A stretch of 64,000 nucleotides of DNA from the human T2T-CHM13v2.0 reference genome, Homo sapiens. The translations under genes and the position numbers were made by a program. The number at the start of each line of letters is the position of its first letter. Position 1 is the stretch's first letter. The stretch lies in the NCBI RefSeq assembly GCF_009914755.1, contig NC_060931.1. One strand, 5' to 3'. The notes beneath the pieces are model-generated. The model did not search any database. It was not told the origin of the DNA and saw only the letters and a list, made by a program, of their open reading frames with translations. Below are positions 58,155 to 64,000 of the stretch, in pieces.

Positions 58155-58982
58155 CTGTGATTTTTTTTTTTTTTACAAAGATGCGCTGTCTTTGTTCCCC
58201 CAGAAATGTGTTGTTTCCCTGACAGTCAGATGCATCCCTGCCTGCCTTAAACAAACAAAGGTCTGTGATCACTTTCTTTAACATCAAGGCCAGAGTTCCT
58301 GAAATCAATGAGAAATTCTAAACATACCAGGATGGCTTCCAAACAGGTGGGCTTTTTGTTCTCCAGAAAATGCAATGAATTTAAAACATTGTACCAAACA
58401 TCTTCAAAACCTAGTCATGAAAGTAACATGCTTTATTACATTAAATGAAATTAAATCAGTAGAGGACAAATGCACTAAGGAGGCTAATGGCCAACATGAT
58501 TAGTCACTGCTAACTTGCATGAAATCAATAGTAACCAAGAGGAGTTCCATCAGTTTGCACTGAAACAAAACGTGAGAGAAGAATCCAGCATACTGGAAGA
58601 ACAACGAAAAAGATGAAATAATCTTTTAGCTGGGAAAAATATGTTGTTTTGAATATTTTGAGTATATTTTAACTTCAACGATAAGCTTAATTCCAATTTC
58701 AGGATATTATTTAAGGAAAAGCTTAGAAGTGTACTCCACAAAGAATTAAGAAACACAAGTCCTCATAACTTTTATTATGTTCTTTTGATTAAAATAATAC
58801 ATATTCATTCCTATATGCTCCTTCATATTACAAATGATTTTTACATCATGAAGATGATGCTATTCTGTGCTCTGTATTCTGTTTCAAACTTAGAATTATA
58901 CTTCATAAACATCTTCTGTGACTAAAACTTCTCCAAAAACTTTCACTGGCAGCTGGCGTTCCACTAAAAGTGTCATCAATGA

Positions 58983-59362
<380 letters not shown>

Positions 59363-59429
59363 TGATTAGTCTTTTCTTGATCCACTCTTCCCACTGGATT
59401 TCTGTGACTCCATGGCCTGGTGTCCCTCC

Positions 59430-60142
59430 TAAAACTGTCTTTGCAAAAAATTATAACAGTAAGGAAATTACGACAGTGAAAGATTGGGTCTCACCAATCC
59501 CCATCTTGCCTTCAACATCCAAACTGCCTTTAATCATATCTGGGCTTGGGCCAAGCAAACTTTGGGAGACATTTAGTTTATAGTTTAAATGATAATATCC
59601 CTTCTCCAAAACTCAACCGCCTTCGTAAAGCTAATGAGAGACCGCCAGGCGAGGAGGATGAGAAGAGCCTGAATTCTGCTGAGATGTAGACTAAACGATT
59701 ACCAGCCATTATTCCAGAGGTCACAAGATTTGCAACCCCCCAATAACTCCTACAGATTACGTCACTATTACAGAAACTAAGATTGGCCTTTTGAGATAAG
59801 GTTTCAGGTTTGTGCATTTCTGACAACCAACGGCTCCACTTGGACCCGCCAAACTCCCTCTGGCCCCACCCAGAAGTGAACTCGGCAGACAAGGACCATT
59901 TTTCACACCCCTATGATTGCATCCCCAACCAGTTAGCAGCACCCCTACCCTAGCCCCCTGCCCACCAAATTATCATTACCTCTGAATTCTCAGGGAGATC
60001 AAGTTGAGTAATAATAAAACTCCAGTCTCTCATTCAGCTGGCTGTATGTGAAGTAAGCTCTTTCTCTATTGCAATTGCCCTGTCTTGGTAAGTCAGCTCT
60101 CTCTGGACAGCCAGCAAAATGAACCCATTGCACACGGTTACA
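59430..60142 (+). mobile_element. LTR8A-type ERV1 solo LTR
   Basis: aaactgtctttgcaaaaaattataacagt ... gaacccattg..cggttaca. Confidence 0.82.
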
Positions 60143-60513
60143 GTCTCATCTCTACCGGCTGTAGACTTGCCTCCTCTGTTGGAGCTCATCAAGGCTGGGT
60201 CTTTCCTGTTCTCATTTTATTCTCTCTCTTTAGGTGATCTCAGCCCTCCTCTAGGCTTCGATTATAACTTACAGGATTGTGATTCACACATTTCAGTTTC
60301 CACCACAGGCCCCTCCAGACATGTCCATCTGCCTGCTGTGTTGACTTTTCCCTTTGGAGTCTTGAGGCAGCTACAAGCTTACTGACCAGAAATGAACTCA
60401 AGCTCTCCCCGAAGCCTGGTCCTCTTCCAGGATCAGCCAGCCTGGAAGATGGCACTGTCATCCACCCTGTTCTCAGGCCTGCCACCCAGGAGTCAACCTT
60501 AGCCCCATCTAAT

Positions 60514-61064
60514 TGTCAGAGGCATCTGAACCAGAGCAACTCCATCTTGAGTAGGGGATGGGTAAAATGAGGCTGAGACCTGCTGGGCTGCATTCCCAGA
60601 CAGCCAAGGCATTAGCCACAGGATAAGATAGGAGGTCGGTACAAGACACAGGTCATAAAGACCTTGCTGATAAAACAGTTTGCAGTAAAGAAGCCAGCCA
60701 AAACCCACTAAAACCAAGATGGCAACGAGAGTGACCTCTGGTCGTCCTCACTGCTACCCTCCCACCAGCACCATGACAGTTTACAAATGCCATGGCAATG
60801 TCAGAAAGTTACCCTATAGGGTCTAAAAAGGGGAGGCATGAATAATCTACCCCTTGTTTAGCATATCATCAAGAAATAACCATAAAAATAGGCAACCAGC
60901 AGCCCTCAGGGATGCTCTGTCTATGGAGTAGCCATTCTTTTGTTCCTTTACTCTCTTAATAAACTTGCTTTCACTTTACTCTATGGACTCGCCCTGAATT
61001 CTCTCTTGTGCAAGATCCAAGAACCCTCTCTTGGGGTCTGGATCGGAACCCCTTTCCTGTAACA
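60514..61064 (+). mobile_element. MER41A solo LTR
   Basis: tgtcagaggc...cctttcctgtaaca; TSD taat; lacks GAS segment (ggggaggcatgaat). Confidence 0.9.
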
Positions 61065-61490
61065 TAATCAATTTGGTGCCAAATGCATGAAGTGTTATCT
61101 TCTAGGTCTCTCAAATCCATCCACTGTTCTCCATCCAGGAGAGTGTCACCAGGGCTGGCACAGATGGTTGCATACTGCAGAAAGGTCACCACGCAAGCCA
61201 TTACCTCTCACCTGTTCCATGAAAATACCAACTCATCTCCTTCCCTTTTGGCCTCTCCAAGCCATATTCCAATCCACAGCTAAAACGATTTCATTAAAAT
61301 GCAAATCTAATCCCGTTGTTCCTTTGCATAACTGCCCTGGGGAGAGGCCCGGCCTCTGTCTCCCCGAGTCATCACCCATTATGTGCCCCTGGTGTCCCCG
61401 TGTGGCCTGGCTCTTCCCTTCACTTCCCACATCGCCCTTCAGCTCCAGCCACTGTGGCCTTCCTGCAGCTGCCCAGGTGTGTCACGCTCC

Positions 61491-61854
61491 AGTATTTGTC
61501 CATTTTCACGCTGCTGATAAAGACATGCCCGAGACTGGGTAATTTATAAAGAAAAAGAGGTTTAATGGACTCACAGTTCCATGTGGCTGGAGAGGCCTCA
61601 CAATCGTGGTGGAAGGCAAAAGCCATGTCTTACATGGCGGCAGACAAGAGAGAGAGTGAGAGCCAAGCAAAAGGGGAAATCCCTTTTAAAACCATCAGAT
61701 CTCGTGAGACTTATTCACTACCATGAAGACAGTATGGGAGAAAGAGTCCCCATGATTCAATTACCTCCCACCAGGTCCCTCCCTAAACATGTGGGAATTA
61801 TGGGAGCTATCATTCAAGATGAGATTTGGGTGGGGACACAGCCAAATCCTATCA
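61491..61854 (-). mobile_element. THE1 (B/C-type) solo LTR
   Basis: gtccattttcacgctgctgataaagac...ggggacacagccaaatcctatca. Confidence 0.92.
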
Positions 61855-62249
61855 GCCCCAACCCCTACCCCAGGAATTGGAAGAATTCTTCTCTTAGGCA
61901 CCAGCACAATCAGTGCATGCCTCCTCCCACATCTCTGACTCCATCTCTCCAATGACACAATCACCCAGAGACTGTCCCTCTCTTTTGTGGCTCTTACCAT
62001 CACTTGTGTTTGATGTATAATATTTATTTCTGTGGATCTTTGTCTTTGATGAATGTCTGGCACATCATAATGATAAGAAATATCCTTTCTTTTTCCTATC
62101 CTCCTTTCTTTTACTTATCAATAAATCCCCTGTAACTAGAACAAAATTGGTATTCAGTAAACATCTGTTGAATGACTTGAATTATCTAGACAATAGGGTG
62201 TACTGTAATGATTTTGCCATGCTTTCCAGAAATATTAAATGCCTCCTGT

Positions 62250-62314
62250 ATTTTATTTCATTATTTATTTATTTATTTATTTATTTGAGACGGAGTTTCG
62301 CTCTTGTTGCCCAG
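62250..62314 (-). mobile_element. Alu 3' stub with (TTTA)n tail
   Basis: gagacggagtttcgctcttgttgcccag, then breaks off. Confidence 0.85.
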
Positions 62315-62339
62315 AAGAGCAACAAGTTTGCTCTTGTTG

Positions 62340-62832
62340 AATTTCCCTTCAAAAGTTCAGCCTGTTAACTTCCTTGTTCTTTGTTCTCAAACCTAACTTT
62401 CTTGTTCTCCATGCCTCCTTGCCCCTAGTTACTGTAAACAACTTTTCGGTCAGCTCTAATCAATAACTCACATCTGTTCCCTTGGTTACTCCCTCTGCAC
62501 CCATTCCACCCTTTGAAACCACACCTCCCACACATCCCACCATTGTAACTCACATCCCCCTTCCCCCTTCCTTATTTGGGAAAACTATTCAGAAATACCC
62601 AGTTGGGTCACTTTAGATTGTGTGGTCAAACCCCAGCCCATGGGGGAGTAACACAGAGGTAGGGATTGCGTTAAGAACAAAAACCCCCATTTTCCTTTGT
62701 TCCCTGTGCTCCTGCAATCATGATTGACGCAGGCAGCACCCTTCTGCAGAAGTAAATTGCCTTGCTGAGAAAACTTTTGCCTGAGTGAGAGTACTGGTTT
62801 CACTTTGTGGCACCAAGCATTTACTTCTAACA
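62340..62832 (+). mobile_element. LTR10-family solo LTR (5' end missing)
   Basis: cccttctgcagaagtaaattgccttgctgag...ttctaaca. Confidence 0.72.
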
Positions 62833-62865
62833 TAAATATATTTAAATACATATATATATTTTTTT

Positions 62866-63252
<387 letters not shown>

Positions 63253-63321
63253 TCATTTAACCCAAAGGTAACGATAAAAGTTCTCGGTATGCATTGTCAA
63301 ACTGCTTTTGAAAAATCTGTA

Positions 63322-63613
63322 TCTGGGCAAGTGCGGTGGCTCATACCTATAATCCCAGCACTTTGGAAGGCCAAGGTGGTTGAATTGCTTGAGCCCAGGA
63401 GTTTGAGACCAGCCTGAGCAACAAAGTGAAACCCTGTCTTTACAAAAAAAATACAAAAATTAGCCAGGTGTTGTGGTGTGCACCTGTAATCCCAGCTACT
63501 TGAGAGGCTGAGGTGGGAGCATAGCTTGAGCCTGGGAGGTCAGCGTTGCAGTGAGCCATGCTCATGCCACTGTACTGGAGCCTGGGCAACAGAGTGAGAC
63601 CAAGTCTCAAAAA
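63322..63613 (+). mobile_element. AluJ
   Basis: Dimer. Confidence 0.92.
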
Positions 63614-63665
63614 GGAAGTCTATATTTTATTGTAATATAATAATTTTTAAAACTTTTGCTAATTT

Positions 63666-63843
63666 TGTAACTGCCTGATAGGTTCTTTCTGCCCACTGCA
63701 CAAACAAAATAGACCATGGCATTGCAATAAAGAAAAACTTTAACTGACACGCCAGCCACATCACGTAGGAGACAAATTTACTACTCAAACCTATCTCCGT
63801 GAAGGCTCAGAGGTTAGGGGTTTTTCAAGGATGGTTTGGTGGA
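63666..63843 (-). mobile_element. MER4-group/LTR8/MER50-like LTR 3' end
   Basis: tgtaactgcctgataggttc = reverse complement of LTR U5 end. Confidence 0.6.
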
Positions 63844-64000
63844 GGCTGGGCGCAGTGCCTCACGCCTGTAATCCCAGCACTTTGGAAGTCAAGGCAAGCA
63901 GATCACTTGAGGCCAGGAGTTTGAGACTAGCCTGGCCAACATGGTGAAACTCTGTCTCTACTAAAAACACAAAGATTAGCTGGGCGTGGTGGTGCAAGCC
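63844..64000 (+). mobile_element. Alu (cut by window edge)
   Basis: Left arm and linker. Confidence 0.92.

Larger units (their letters stand above)
60143..62180 (+). mobile_element. L2 relic split by MER41A and THE1
   Basis: taggtgatctcagccc...; aaaatgcaaatctaatc; cagtaaacatctgttgaatgac 3' end. Confidence 0.65.

Overview
Primate (most likely human) genomic DNA with no supportable protein-coding exon, RNA gene or CpG island. It looks intergenic or deep-intronic. About 84 Alu/FLAM copies (manual count, roughly 35-40% of bases) are layered onto older repeats: L1M/HAL1, L2 and L3 relics, MaLR LTRs (THE1, MST, MLT1), ERV1-class solo LTRs (MER4-group, MER41, LTR8A, LTR10) and DNA-transposon relics (MER75A, MADE1, Tigger3, MER58, MER5). 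Almost all ORFs in the track are Alu, L1 or microsatellite translation artefacts. I did not find a new multi-gene biological system. The best signals are small-scale. (1) An orphan ~290-bp retrocopy of what looks like an mRNA 3'UTR, with AATAAA, an A-tail and a 17-bp TSD (42316-42606). (2) Templated patchwork-insertion repair scars inside Alus (20623-20669, 62315-62339). (3) A 34-bp VNTR that multiplies E-box+RUNX+YY1 motifs (51081-51253). (4) A MER41 LTR with tandem GAS sites, near a GAS-less MER41A. (5) A 17-bp twin-priming L1 inversion. (6) An inverted repeat at the window start. Repeat subfamily names come from my recall of consensus sequences, not from a database search. Coordinates are approximate (about +/-10 bp) unless a TSD is quoted.
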